Shown here piece after piece: positions 16,999 to 25,973 of a stretch of DNA of 64,000 nucleotides. The position numbers and the translations under genes were made by a program. Each line of letters opens with the position of its first letter. The first letter of the stretch is position 1. This DNA comes from an uncultured Lachnospiraceae bacterium (GTDB taxonomy: Bacteria > Bacillota > Clostridia > Lachnospirales > Lachnospiraceae): assembly GCA_946537305.1 (NCBI GenBank), contig CAMNFR010000002.1, forward strand, positions 48,564 to 112,563, written 5' to 3'. The notes under the pieces were generated by a model. It was not told the origin of the DNA, made no database searches, and saw only the letters and a list, made by a program, of their open reading frames with translations.

Positions 16999-19452
16999 AT
17001 GGCATTGACACAGGAAAACCGGAGGAAGCTGGAAGACTTAGCTTTGGAGAAGGGGGGACTTTTCCCGCAGGCGGAGCTGTTCGGCGATATGCCTGTGCTT
17101 TTTGTAGGACTGGGCGGCTTGGGAGTGCGCACGCTGCAGGTGATCCGGCGGAATATACAAGGGAGAGAAGGCGCCGCCGAGAAGGCTTTCTTTTTAGCCA
17201 TTGACAGCGATGAACATGATCTCCAGGCATATCGCGATGGCATTCATGTCGCAGATGCCGGAATGAATGAGGTGATATCCATATTTGCGCCTGGTATTGT
17301 ACCAGGGCTTTTCGGCCCCAATGGGGCTGGTGGCATACGGAAAAACGGACGTTTATTGCTGACAGCAGGCCACAAATATGAAGCAATACAGAATTATCTG
17401 AGCAGATGTGTTATGCGGATTGAATCTATACTGCATGGGATGGGGAAATTTCAGGTCATCCTAATTTCCGGTACGGGCGGCGGAACGGGCGGCGGAATTG
17501 TGGTCGATGTGGCTTATATAATCCGAAATGCAATGATGCATCTGGGAGTAGCAGCGGATCGCTATCTGCTGCAAGGGTTTCTGTTCCTGCCGGATGTAAT
17601 GTCCGGAATACCAGGGCTGATGATGGATTATGCGCAGCGGAAGATGATTGCCGCAAACGGTTATGCTGCGCTGAAAGAAATAGATTACTACCTACAGCCG
17701 CTCGCGGAACGTGAGCCTTATGTGCTGGAATTGCCGGGGCAGACGGTGACTTCAGAGGCAGCTGTACTGGACCAGTGCAAGCTCATCTCTGGGAAGACGG
17801 CTGCAGGGAACTTTCGCAGTACAGATCGGACCGTGCAGATGGTCGGGGATTGTCTGGCAGAACTAACGGCGGAAATCCATATGCCGCCCGGAAACGAAAT
17901 GCCGCTGCAATATTTGTCCGGGAATGGCTATCAAATGCTTCTCTTCGAAAAAAAGGAGATACCGGAGCGGGAAGTGCTCACGTGGACTGCGAGTCAGATC
18001 TGGCAGCAAATGATGGAGGCGTGGAGTGTCCAGGGACATCAACTGGAGCAGGCAGGGCGGCATGTGCTGGCAGGAATCCTTATGAACGACGGTCCCTCCC
18101 TTATGAACTTTGCCTTGCATAGGCTGGGGTATGATGGACAGGCTTTTCGGGCGGAGGCTATAGAGGCAGAGCCGTTTCCTACACGGGCACAACTGTTAGA
18201 TGATCCGGAATATGGTTTTAGACGGGCGGCAGAAGTGGCGGAAGTATGGAGAGGACGTATCCTGAAAAGGCTGCCTGAGCTGGAAACGGATATTCGAACG
18301 ATCATCCGGGAGAGGCTGAACAACTGCCTGGATAGGGGACCGTTCTTCGTGGCCGCCTTGCTGGATGGGAATCGTTCACACCTGTATAATAGAGGAGAAC
18401 GAGCCTGGCCGGGAATCATTCATTTCTTGAACGTGATGCGGGAATCAATGAATGAGATGGCACAGAACGCGATGCGTCGTTTTGAAATTGAGCGGCACCA
18501 GTTGCCGGAGCTGGCTGTCCGGGCATCTTCTCCTTTCGCCGGCAGAGCAGTAAAAAGTGCGTATATGGAGGAATGCTGCAATATAGCAGAGGGCCTCATC
18601 ATATATGAACTTCTGTCACGGGTCATGATCGATGTGCTGGGGCGTCTACAGAGAGAGCTGACAGGGGATCTAATAGTTAGGTGGGAGCCATATCAGGAGA
18701 TTGTTGAATATGTGGAACGAATTCTGAAGGATGATGCGGAAGCGGTTTACAACGCAGGTGTCGGAATACCGAATGAGGACGCTTTGATTGATCTGCCGGA
18801 GGCAACCGGTCAGCGGATCCGAGCGGTTCTGCACGAAATAGCAAATCCGAATCAGGTGAAATTGATTTCACATTGTATCAGTAATTCCATGCGCCTTCAT
18901 CCGGGTTGGTGGGGGGATGTCCGGGAAAATGAGGAATTCCGGGCAGCCTCTGAGATACGGGATATATTCCAGGGATATCTCCAGGGTTCATTGGAACCTC
19001 AGTTGCCGGAGAAGCTGATTATGATCTCCCGGTTTCCCGGTCATCTTGATGTCCAACAGGTAAATAACGAGTGGAACATGAACGGAACTGTTCGGCACAA
19101 TGCGCTGCAGCAGGCTGCTGATGAGATCATAGCTGCTTTTTCAGGAACGATGGCTGCGCTGCTGCCGGGTGGAGTAACACAGAAAACGTTATTCCTGGCG
19201 CCGGCGAGCACACCGGATCTTACGTCAAGAGTGACTGTGCTGCTGCCGCCGGATACCCTGAGAGGGGTGTATATGGGCGGTGCGCCAAGATATACATTGG
19301 CAGGCATACGTTATCCGGTTGCATTTTCGACGATTCCGGATATCGAAGAATACGCAAGGTTCTATCAGCAGGAACCGACAATGCCTGGGCTTCATCTGGA
19401 TGAAGAGACTCAGCGCTGGCACGATTATCATCCTTCGGGGATGTCAGTATAG
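16999..19452 (+). CDS. Tubulin/FtsZ-superfamily GTPase-like protein (Tubulin_2 / FtsZl-1-like), paralog 1
   Basis: I prefer ATG 16999 (SD aaggggga) over GTG 16981. VLFVGLGGLGVRTL is a T1-like loop. ISGTGGGTGGGIVVD (17470-17496) matches the GGGTG[ST]G signature. NGYAALKEIDYY is shared with paralog 2, and both start MAL..(6)..KL..L.L.KGG. Confidence 0.8.
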   Translation: MALTQENRRKLEDLALEKGGLFPQAELFGDMPVLFVGLGGLGVRTLQVIRRNIQGREGAAEKAFFLAIDSDEHDLQAYRDGIHVADAGMNEVISIFAPGIVPGLFGPNGAGGIRKNGRLLLTAGHKYEAIQNYLSRCVMRIESILHGMGKFQVILISGTGGGTGGGIVVDVAYIIRNAMMHLGVAADRYLLQGFLFLPDVMSGIPGLMMDYAQRKMIAANGYAALKEIDYYLQPLAEREPYVLELPGQTVTSEAAVLDQCKLISGKTAAGNFRSTDRTVQMVGDCLAELTAEIHMPPGNEMPLQYLSGNGYQMLLFEKKEIPEREVLTWTASQIWQQMMEAWSVQGHQLEQAGRHVLAGILMNDGPSLMNFALHRLGYDGQAFRAEAIEAEPFPTRAQLLDDPEYGFRRAAEVAEVWRGRILKRLPELETDIRTIIRERLNNCLDRGPFFVAALLDGNRSHLYNRGERAWPGIIHFLNVMRESMNEMAQNAMRRFEIERHQLPELAVRASSPFAGRAVKSAYMEECCNIAEGLIIYELLSRVMIDVLGRLQRELTGDLIVRWEPYQEIVEYVERILKDDAEAVYNAGVGIPNEDALIDLPEATGQRIRAVLHEIANPNQVKLISHCISNSMRLHPGWWGDVRENEEFRAASEIRDIFQGYLQGSLEPQLPEKLIMISRFPGHLDVQQVNNEWNMNGTVRHNALQQAADEIIAAFSGTMAALLPGGVTQKTLFLAPASTPDLTSRVTVLLPPDTLRGVYMGGAPRYTLAGIRYPVAFSTIPDIEEYARFYQQEPTMPGLHLDEETQRWHDYHPSGMSV

Positions 19453-19492
19453 AACAATCCGTTGACAGATTTCTAAGACAGGGGGAGAGAAA

Positions 19493-20143
19493 ATGTTTGG
19501 AAAAATTATATTTACGGCGGTGGTTGCAGCCGTCCTTGGGAGTATTGGGATATTTTGCAATGCCAGGTGGAAAAACAGTGACCCGGAGATACGAGCACTG
19601 GCTCCTTGGGGAATAATGACGCTGATTGGATTGTTTGGCTGGATCGCTCTTCTACTGTTTTTGTTTGGAGGACTGGGGGGAGCCTGCTTTTTGTTTATTC
19701 TGTTAACGGCTGCATTGCTGGCCCTTACAGGTAATAAGGCTCTAAAGGCCGGTATGGACAGGGGTGAACTGCCGAAGCTTCTGGGAATTGTTTTATTATC
19801 AGGCTTGGGAAAATGGATGGGAACACTTCTTCGCTATACCATTATAGGTATTCCAGCTGTCAGATATCTGGAGGGTGCCGGAAAATATGGTCTGGAAGCA
19901 ATGGGAGAAGAATTATTAAGAATAGCAGAGGAGGAGGCAAAGAAGCCCCGGCAGGAGGAACCACAGCAGAGTGTCTGGGATACATACGATACATACGCTC
20001 GACAGGAGCCTGAACCCGAACCGGAAAAAAAGGTGGAAGTATGGAGGCCCAACGGACTTGTGAATGAATATCTGAAAGTAAATAGTGATAATACCATGTA
20101 TTACGATCCCGATGACGGTGAATGGCACAGAATACCGGATTAG
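19493..20143 (+). CDS. Polytopic membrane protein with acidic cytoplasmic tail, no recognised family
   Basis: 216 aa with a strong SD (gggggagag). It has 4-5 hydrophobic segments followed by a charged tail (EEEAKKPRQEEPQQ...EPEPEPEKK). Confidence 0.65.
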   Translation: MFGKIIFTAVVAAVLGSIGIFCNARWKNSDPEIRALAPWGIMTLIGLFGWIALLLFLFGGLGGACFLFILLTAALLALTGNKALKAGMDRGELPKLLGIVLLSGLGKWMGTLLRYTIIGIPAVRYLEGAGKYGLEAMGEELLRIAEEEAKKPRQEEPQQSVWDTYDTYARQEPEPEPEKKVEVWRPNGLVNEYLKVNSDNTMYYDPDDGEWHRIPD

Positions 20144-20205
20144 AGTGTGTGACGATCGGTAGTGGAATTGTCACATAAAAAACACAAAAAATATTACGGA
20201 AATGT

Positions 20206-20234
20206 TTGATAAATTGTGCAAACTACGATAGAAT
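20206..20234 (+). promoter_or_regulatory. Internal sigma-A-type promoter candidate upstream of the giant acidic protein gene
   Basis: TTGATA (20206-20211), a 17-nt spacer, then TAGAAT (20229-20234). It sits in the largest intergenic gap inside the cluster (141 nt). Confidence 0.4.
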
Positions 20235-20283
20235 AGTCTTATTATGGATTTGCGAATGATGTCGCAAAAGATCGGGGGATCAT

Positions 20284-23200
20284 ATGGGTTTTGATGAAAT
20301 GGGAGGCGGCTTTGATGGCGGGATGGAAAGTGTCAGCGAAGCACCTTCCATTTCTGAGGTTCCGGAGATCAGTGAAAGCATAGAAGAACCGGCTGAGGTG
20401 GATTTCGGAGATCTGGAGGTCCCGGAAGAGATGCCGGCGGAAGTCGGGGAGATGGAAGAAATCGGGGAGTCTGATTTTGAGGATCTGGACTTCGGCGAAC
20501 TGGACGAAATGCCGGAAGAAGGATTGGAAGATATCCCGGAAGACAGTCTGGACTTCGAAATGGAAGATGATTTCGAAGACATTCCGGAGGAGGATATCGA
20601 GGACATTCCAGAAGATATCGAGGATATTCCTGAGGATATTGAGGACGTTCCAGAGGAGATCGAGGATATTCCGGAGGAAGAAATCGAAGAGGAGATCGAG
20701 GACATTCCAGAAGAAGAGATCGAAGATATCCCTGAGGAAGAGCTTGAAGAAGAAATCGAGGATATCCCTGAGGAAGAACTCGAAGATATCCCAGAGGAGG
20801 AACTCGAAGAGGAAATAGAAGATATTCCAGAGGAGGAACTCGAAGAAGAGATCGAGGACATTCCAGAAGAAGAGATAGAAGAGGAGCTCGAGGATATCCC
20901 TGAGGAAGAGCTCGAAGAAGAGATCGAGGACATTCCAGAGGAGGAACTCGAAGAAGAGATCGAGGACATTCCAGAAGAAGAGATAGAAGAGGAGATCGAG
21001 GATATTCCTGAGGAAGCGCTTGAAGAAGAGATCGAGGACATCCCTGAGGAAGAACTCGAAGATATCCCCGAGGAGGAACTCGAAGAAGAGATCGAGGACA
21101 TTCCGGAAGAAGAGATAGAAGAGGAAATCGAGGATATTCCTGAGGAAGCGCTTGAAGAAGAGATCGAGGACATCCCTGAGGAAGAACTCGAAGATATCCC
21201 CGAGGAGGAACTCGAAGAAGAGATCGAGGACATTCCAGAAGAAGAGATCGAAGAGGAGATCGAGGATATCCCAGAGGAGGAGATCGAAGAAGAGATCGAG
21301 GACATTCCAGAGGAGGAGATCGAAGAAGAGCTCGAGGATATTCCTGAGGAAGAACTCGAAGAGGGGATCGAGGATATCCCTGAGGAGGAACTTGAAGAGG
21401 AAATAGAAGATATCCCCGAGGAAGAACTCGAAGAGCAAGCTGAAGAAGAGCTCGAAGAACAAGCCGAGGAAGAACTCGAAGAGCAAGCTGAAGAAGAGCT
21501 CGAAGAACAAGCCGAGGAAGAACTCGAAGAACAAGCTGAAGAAGAACTCGAAGAGCAAGCTGAAGAAGAGCTCGAAGAGCAGGAAGAGCTCGAAGAGCAA
21601 GAAGAACTCGAAGAGCAGGAAGAGCTCGAGGAGCAGGAAGAGTTAGAAGAACAGGAAGAACTCGAGGAGCAGGAAGAACTCGAAGAGCAAGAGGAACTCG
21701 AGGAGCAGGAAGAGCTCGAAGAGCAAGAAGAGCTCGAGGAGCAGGAAGAGCTCGAAGAGCAGGAAAAACTCGAAGAGCAGGAAGAGTTAGAAGAGCAGGA
21801 AGAGCTCGAAGAGCAGGAAGAGTTAGAAGAACAGGAAGAGCTCGAAGAGCAGGAAAAACTCGAAGAGCAAGAAGAGTTAGAAGAGCAGGAAGAACAGGAA
21901 GAGCTCGAAGAGCAGGAAGAACTCGAGGAGCAGGAAGAACTCGAGGAGCAGGAAGAGTTAGAAGAACAGGAAGAGCTCGAAGAGCAGGAAAAACTCGAAG
22001 AGCAGGAAGAGTTAGAAGAGCAGGAAGAGCTCGAAGAGCAGGAAGAGTTAGAAGAACAGGAAGAGCTCGAAGAGCAGGAAAAACTCGAAGAGCAAGAAGA
22101 GTTAGAAGAGCAGGAAGAACAGGAAGAGCTCGAAGAGCAGGAAGAACTCGAGGAGCAGGAAGAGTTAGAAGAACAGGAAGAACTCGAGGAGCAGAAAGAG
22201 TTAGAGGAACAGGAAGAGCAGGAAGAACTTGAAGAACAGGAGCGTGAGGAAGAGATTCTGGAATTGAAAAAAGTGTCGGAGGAAACAGAAGAAGTCTCCG
22301 AGCAGGAAATGTTCCTCCCCGCTGAAATGCAGGAACACTTCCAGAAAGAAAACGTGACTCTGGATGAGCATCTGGCTATGTACAACGAAGTACAGCAGCA
22401 GATGTCTGCTTTGGATGCAGAAAAAACTGCGATGGCGGAAAGCCGCGCAGAGGCAGAGGCCCTTCTGTCTGATGAAAACCTGACTGATGAGCAGCGTGCC
22501 ATCCTGGAGGAGTCGCTGGAGACGATGGATGCCCGGACCGCTGAAATGGAGCAGCAGCAGGAAGATTGCGACAAGCAGATGCAGATGCTTCAGACAGAGC
22601 GCTATGAAATGGAGCAGATCAGCAGTGCGGAAATGCGGGAGAACGAGGGCACCAGAGAAGCTCTTCTCGAGCAGGCTGCGGAACAGCATGAAAAGTTTGA
22701 AGATGCTCTGGACGGGAAGGACAGCGAAGCGTTCGTAGAAGAATGTAAAGACACGGTGGAGCAGCTGCAGGAGCAGGAAGCGGTCGTTAAGGACGCCAAA
22801 GAACTGAAATTCCAGGAAATCTACGAGTATGTGACCTCTCACAATATGGACCGGTTCGATACAGCGAATGATCCATATTACCGGCATTTGATGGAAGAAT
22901 ACCGCGCCCTTTCTGAACAGGAGAGCGCCGTTCACGGCGAAGCCGCCCGTCTGGATGCTCAGGCCATGTCGGTAGCTCTGACGCAAGAACTGCCCTACCA
23001 GTCTGCGCCGACAGAGCTGCCGCCTCACGAATTCCATACTAGTGTGTATTCCGATGAAGAATTGATGCGTGAAAAGCCGGAGAAGACCGGAACAAACATA
23101 GAAGAACTGTCGGAAGCGGAGGATGAAGCGGCCGAAGAAGCAGAGACAGATGCGGTGGCGGAAATTCCTGAGAAGGAAGTGCAGGAGTCTCTCTCGGAAG

Positions 23201-25224
23201 TGCAGGAGAGCAAGGCACAGGAAGTACAAGAGGCCATCGAGAACGGAACGGATGATCCGGAAAAAACGGATTATTTTGTAGACGAAGTCCGTGCAAAAGA
23301 AGCGCTGGAAGGTTTTTCCCGGGAAACATGGGAAAAGATGACAGTGGAGGAGAAGCAGGAGCAGATCCAAAAACTGGCAGAGTACAACAAGGAAATTCTT
23401 GGAATAGATCCGGATATCCGGGTAGAGTATTATCACAGTCAAGAGCCGGGAGACTGTGGGCATTACTCCGAAAAAGACGGCGTGGTCTATATCAATGCGG
23501 ACAACCTGGAGGACGGTGCGGAGACCGCAGATACGATTGCACACGAACTCCGTCATGCTTATCAGTATGAAAGAGCCAAGAAGCTGGAAAATGACAGAGA
23601 TGTTGCCTTTGCGCAGAATCTGAGACCGGGCGGATATATATCACCGGAAACAGATCTGGATGCATATTATGACCAGCCGGTAGAGGCGGATGCATTTGCC
23701 TATGGAGAACGTTTTGGCGATTATGTAAAGTCGATGGATTCGTCTGCGGCGGCGGAAGTGACGGCCCGGCCTGTGGAAAAAACGGATGCCCCCGAAAAGA
23801 AGGAAGTCGAAAAGGAGCAGACGCCGGAGGGTCTTTCCAAAGTGGAAAAGAGTCCGGAACGGCTGGAGCAGGAAAAGCTACATAAACGGCTGGAAGGAGA
23901 AGAGCTTCGGGAAATCAAGGAAACCATCCGTCCGATCTATGAGAATGCCCGGGAAGTGGGTGAAGCAGATCAGGCACTGGAGTACTACAAGGAGCACTTT
24001 GACATCGAAAGCGGTCATATTGAGAAAGTGGCGGAGAAATCGCTGGAAGCGGCCGACTCTTTTGAGGAATTGTTCAGGGCGGAGGATTATGATGGTCTTT
24101 ATTCTCCGGACATTGATCGCAGAACGCTTCAGACAATGGCGTACTTTCATGATACAGGCATGGACGGCGGGATTGAGGCGGCCAATTATGCTGAAGAACG
24201 AGCTTCTTATATAGAAAAACACGCCGGTGAACTATCAGAAAAGACCGGAGCAGAGAAGACCGAGGAAGAGCGCGGTGCGGAATTTGATGAGAGCATCCGC
24301 AAAAATCATTCACTGCAGTCAGCGGTCCATGTCCTGGAACACCGGGAACAGCTGGAAGCCATGGGCGTCGATCCGGATACCGTAGCGGTCGGATGTTTTA
24401 TGCACAGCAAGAGCTGTTCCGGAATGAAGAATCTGGCTGGCGGCGGAAAAGAATGGGGCACCTCCCTGGAGAAAATAGAGGCGGCCGTTAAAGAACATAA
24501 TGAGAAACATCCGGAGGAACCGATTACCTTCGACCGCGGCTGCCTGTTTAACGAAGACGGTACAGCGGATGAAAAGAAACTGGCACAGATGAGAAGCTAC
24601 TGTGCCTGCCTGCGTGTAGGTGATGCTTACGGACATGATTATCAATCGGTGGAGACACAGGGAGGAAAACGCGTTGATATAGAAAAAACAACGCTTTCTG
24701 TGCCCCCGGAGGATACCGCGAAGAAGGTACAGGCAGAGGAACTTCGGCAGCGCCTGGAAGGTATTCCTGAAGATGACAAAGTACAGGCATATCGGAAAGC
24801 AGCGTACTATCAGGAAGTTCAGGGCATGAAGATTTCCGTGGACGGCGTGGAACTGACGAATGAGAATGACCCGAAGGGCATAGCCCGGATGTATGCTGCC
24901 GGAGAAAAGAATTTCCGTGAACTAAAGACGGAGACGGCATCCAAAGAAGGTACGGCTGAAATGACGCATTCCATCACACTGGTCGATGGCAATGACAGTG
25001 TATACTGTACCCAGGAATGTATCGATGAGCGAATCAAGGAGTTGAATACGATTTGCGTGGAGGCGCCTCAAAGCGGGAAAAAGCCGGAGGATCTGAAGAA
25101 AGCAAATATGAAGGTCGTTCTGCACATCGGGAAAAACTGCGATGAGCGGGTTTTGAAAAGCTATGAGAAGTACGCAGACCGTGTAGAAGCAACGTATAAT
25201 ATTAAAATGGAGATTCGGGAATGA
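20284..25224 (+). CDS. Giant hyper-acidic tandem-repeat protein with HExxH zincin-like motif and HD-domain-like region
   Basis: 1646 aa. Residues ~80-650 are almost pure E/D/I/L/P/Q repeats. AHELRHAYQYE (HExxH at 23542-23556) is followed by QPVEADAFAYGERF. The HD-like pattern is SGHIEKVAEKS...(about 45 aa)...MAYFHDTGMDG (HD at 24148-24153), followed by further His/Asp clusters. Confidence 0.85.
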   Translation: MGFDEMGGGFDGGMESVSEAPSISEVPEISESIEEPAEVDFGDLEVPEEMPAEVGEMEEIGESDFEDLDFGELDEMPEEGLEDIPEDSLDFEMEDDFEDIPEEDIEDIPEDIEDIPEDIEDVPEEIEDIPEEEIEEEIEDIPEEEIEDIPEEELEEEIEDIPEEELEDIPEEELEEEIEDIPEEELEEEIEDIPEEEIEEELEDIPEEELEEEIEDIPEEELEEEIEDIPEEEIEEEIEDIPEEALEEEIEDIPEEELEDIPEEELEEEIEDIPEEEIEEEIEDIPEEALEEEIEDIPEEELEDIPEEELEEEIEDIPEEEIEEEIEDIPEEEIEEEIEDIPEEEIEEELEDIPEEELEEGIEDIPEEELEEEIEDIPEEELEEQAEEELEEQAEEELEEQAEEELEEQAEEELEEQAEEELEEQAEEELEEQEELEEQEELEEQEELEEQEELEEQEELEEQEELEEQEELEEQEELEEQEELEEQEELEEQEKLEEQEELEEQEELEEQEELEEQEELEEQEKLEEQEELEEQEEQEELEEQEELEEQEELEEQEELEEQEELEEQEKLEEQEELEEQEELEEQEELEEQEELEEQEKLEEQEELEEQEEQEELEEQEELEEQEELEEQEELEEQKELEEQEEQEELEEQEREEEILELKKVSEETEEVSEQEMFLPAEMQEHFQKENVTLDEHLAMYNEVQQQMSALDAEKTAMAESRAEAEALLSDENLTDEQRAILEESLETMDARTAEMEQQQEDCDKQMQMLQTERYEMEQISSAEMRENEGTREALLEQAAEQHEKFEDALDGKDSEAFVEECKDTVEQLQEQEAVVKDAKELKFQEIYEYVTSHNMDRFDTANDPYYRHLMEEYRALSEQESAVHGEAARLDAQAMSVALTQELPYQSAPTELPPHEFHTSVYSDEELMREKPEKTGTNIEELSEAEDEAAEEAETDAVAEIPEKEVQESLSEVQESKAQEVQEAIENGTDDPEKTDYFVDEVRAKEALEGFSRETWEKMTVEEKQEQIQKLAEYNKEILGIDPDIRVEYYHSQEPGDCGHYSEKDGVVYINADNLEDGAETADTIAHELRHAYQYERAKKLENDRDVAFAQNLRPGGYISPETDLDAYYDQPVEADAFAYGERFGDYVKSMDSSAAAEVTARPVEKTDAPEKKEVEKEQTPEGLSKVEKSPERLEQEKLHKRLEGEELREIKETIRPIYENAREVGEADQALEYYKEHFDIESGHIEKVAEKSLEAADSFEELFRAEDYDGLYSPDIDRRTLQTMAYFHDTGMDGGIEAANYAEERASYIEKHAGELSEKTGAEKTEEERGAEFDESIRKNHSLQSAVHVLEHREQLEAMGVDPDTVAVGCFMHSKSCSGMKNLAGGGKEWGTSLEKIEAAVKEHNEKHPEEPITFDRGCLFNEDGTADEKKLAQMRSYCACLRVGDAYGHDYQSVETQGGKRVDIEKTTLSVPPEDTAKKVQAEELRQRLEGIPEDDKVQAYRKAAYYQEVQGMKISVDGVELTNENDPKGIARMYAAGEKNFRELKTETASKEGTAEMTHSITLVDGNDSVYCTQECIDERIKELNTICVEAPQSGKKPEDLKKANMKVVLHIGKNCDERVLKSYEKYADRVEATYNIKMEIRE
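20575..22240 (+). repeat. In-frame three-tier coding tandem repeat array (about 24-36-bp EDIPEE-type units, 24-bp EELEEQAE units, 18-bp EELEEQ units)
   Basis: Read directly from the sequence. IEDIPEEE(L/I)EEE-type units span ~20575-21420. EELEEQAE x6 spans ~21421-21570. EELEEQ (occasionally EKLEEQ / EEQ) spans ~21571-22240, with higher-order periodicity marked by the EKLEEQ variants. Confidence 0.9.
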
Positions 25225-25934
25225 TCATACAAAAGAAAAACGAAAAGAAGCGGACAGGTTATCTTTCGGTATTTGATCTGAACCAAAGCCTGCCGCGGCC
25301 GGATGGACAGGCGGGAGCGGAGATTCTTTTTGCCATCATCGAAAAAGAATCGATTCCGATCAGCCGTATCACGCTGGAGTATGAAAAGGACATTCATGGC
25401 GGGTACGGCAAGGAACACTTTAGCAGGCAGGGATTTTTGCAGAAATACGCATCCTGTGACTGGTTTCGGCAGAGTGGGCGCCTGCAGGCCTTGGAAATCT
25501 GGGAGATAGAACTCTCGGAGGGAAGTCTGCTGATCGGGAACATGGGCTCTGTGGTGAAAGTCCTGAGCGAAAACGAAGCAATGGATTTCACACGGTTCTT
25601 CACGAATATAGAAGAGGACACCTTCCGGTATCATTCCTTCCCGCAGCAGCTGGCAGATGATCTGATACAAAAAGAAGGTATGAATCTCCGGAGAGCGGTA
25701 GAATCTCTTCAGAAACTGAGTGAATATCCGGATATCTATCAGGAATATATCGCCGGTGGAAAAGATGGCGCGGCAGGACATTCGAACCCTGTTACAGTGG
25801 AAGGATATACGGCAGAAAGAATCATGCAGGAAGTGAAACTGCATCCCATCGGAGCTTATCTGATGCTGGTAAAACTGAGGAAGGATCCGGAAAAGGCCAA
25901 AAAGACCCTGGCAAGGGGAATTGTCCGGAAATAA
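25221..25934 (+). CDS. Hypothetical protein, translationally coupled to the giant acidic protein gene
   Basis: 237-aa ORF. Its ATG (25221) overlaps the upstream stop (ATGA junction). No recognised family. Confidence 0.65.
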   Translation: MIIQKKNEKKRTGYLSVFDLNQSLPRPDGQAGAEILFAIIEKESIPISRITLEYEKDIHGGYGKEHFSRQGFLQKYASCDWFRQSGRLQALEIWEIELSEGSLLIGNMGSVVKVLSENEAMDFTRFFTNIEEDTFRYHSFPQQLADDLIQKEGMNLRRAVESLQKLSEYPDIYQEYIAGGKDGAAGHSNPVTVEGYTAERIMQEVKLHPIGAYLMLVKLRKDPEKAKKTLARGIVRK

Positions 25935-25973
25935 TACCAAGTCTTTCAGAGGCGGAACAGGAGAGACAGCAAG

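Noticed and set aside
16999-19452. Plasmid-partition TubZ-type system (also considered for 36819-40481)
   Set aside because: There is no adjacent small TubR-like DNA-binding gene and no centromere-like iterons. The proteins are 2-3 times the size of TubZ, and the context is membrane/vWA/GTPase rather than replication or partition.
20144-20205. Hairpin tgtgac...gtcaca as an internal terminator after the 216-aa gene
   Set aside because: The stem is only 6 bp and is followed by an A-rich rather than a U-rich tract on the coding strand.
20575-22240. Possible CRISPR array, given the regular short repeats
   Set aside because: The repeats are contiguous with no unique spacers, have units of 18-36 bp, lie in frame inside a long ORF, and no cas genes are present.
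20242-22574. Two long minus-strand ORFs (a 764-aa poly-Ser/Cys ORF and a 452-aa Phe/Leu-rich ORF)
   Set aside because: They are reverse-complement readings of the GAA/GAG-rich repeat array (TTC/CTC give Phe/Leu/Ser). The + strand frame continues into non-repetitive, motif-bearing sequence, so it is the real gene.
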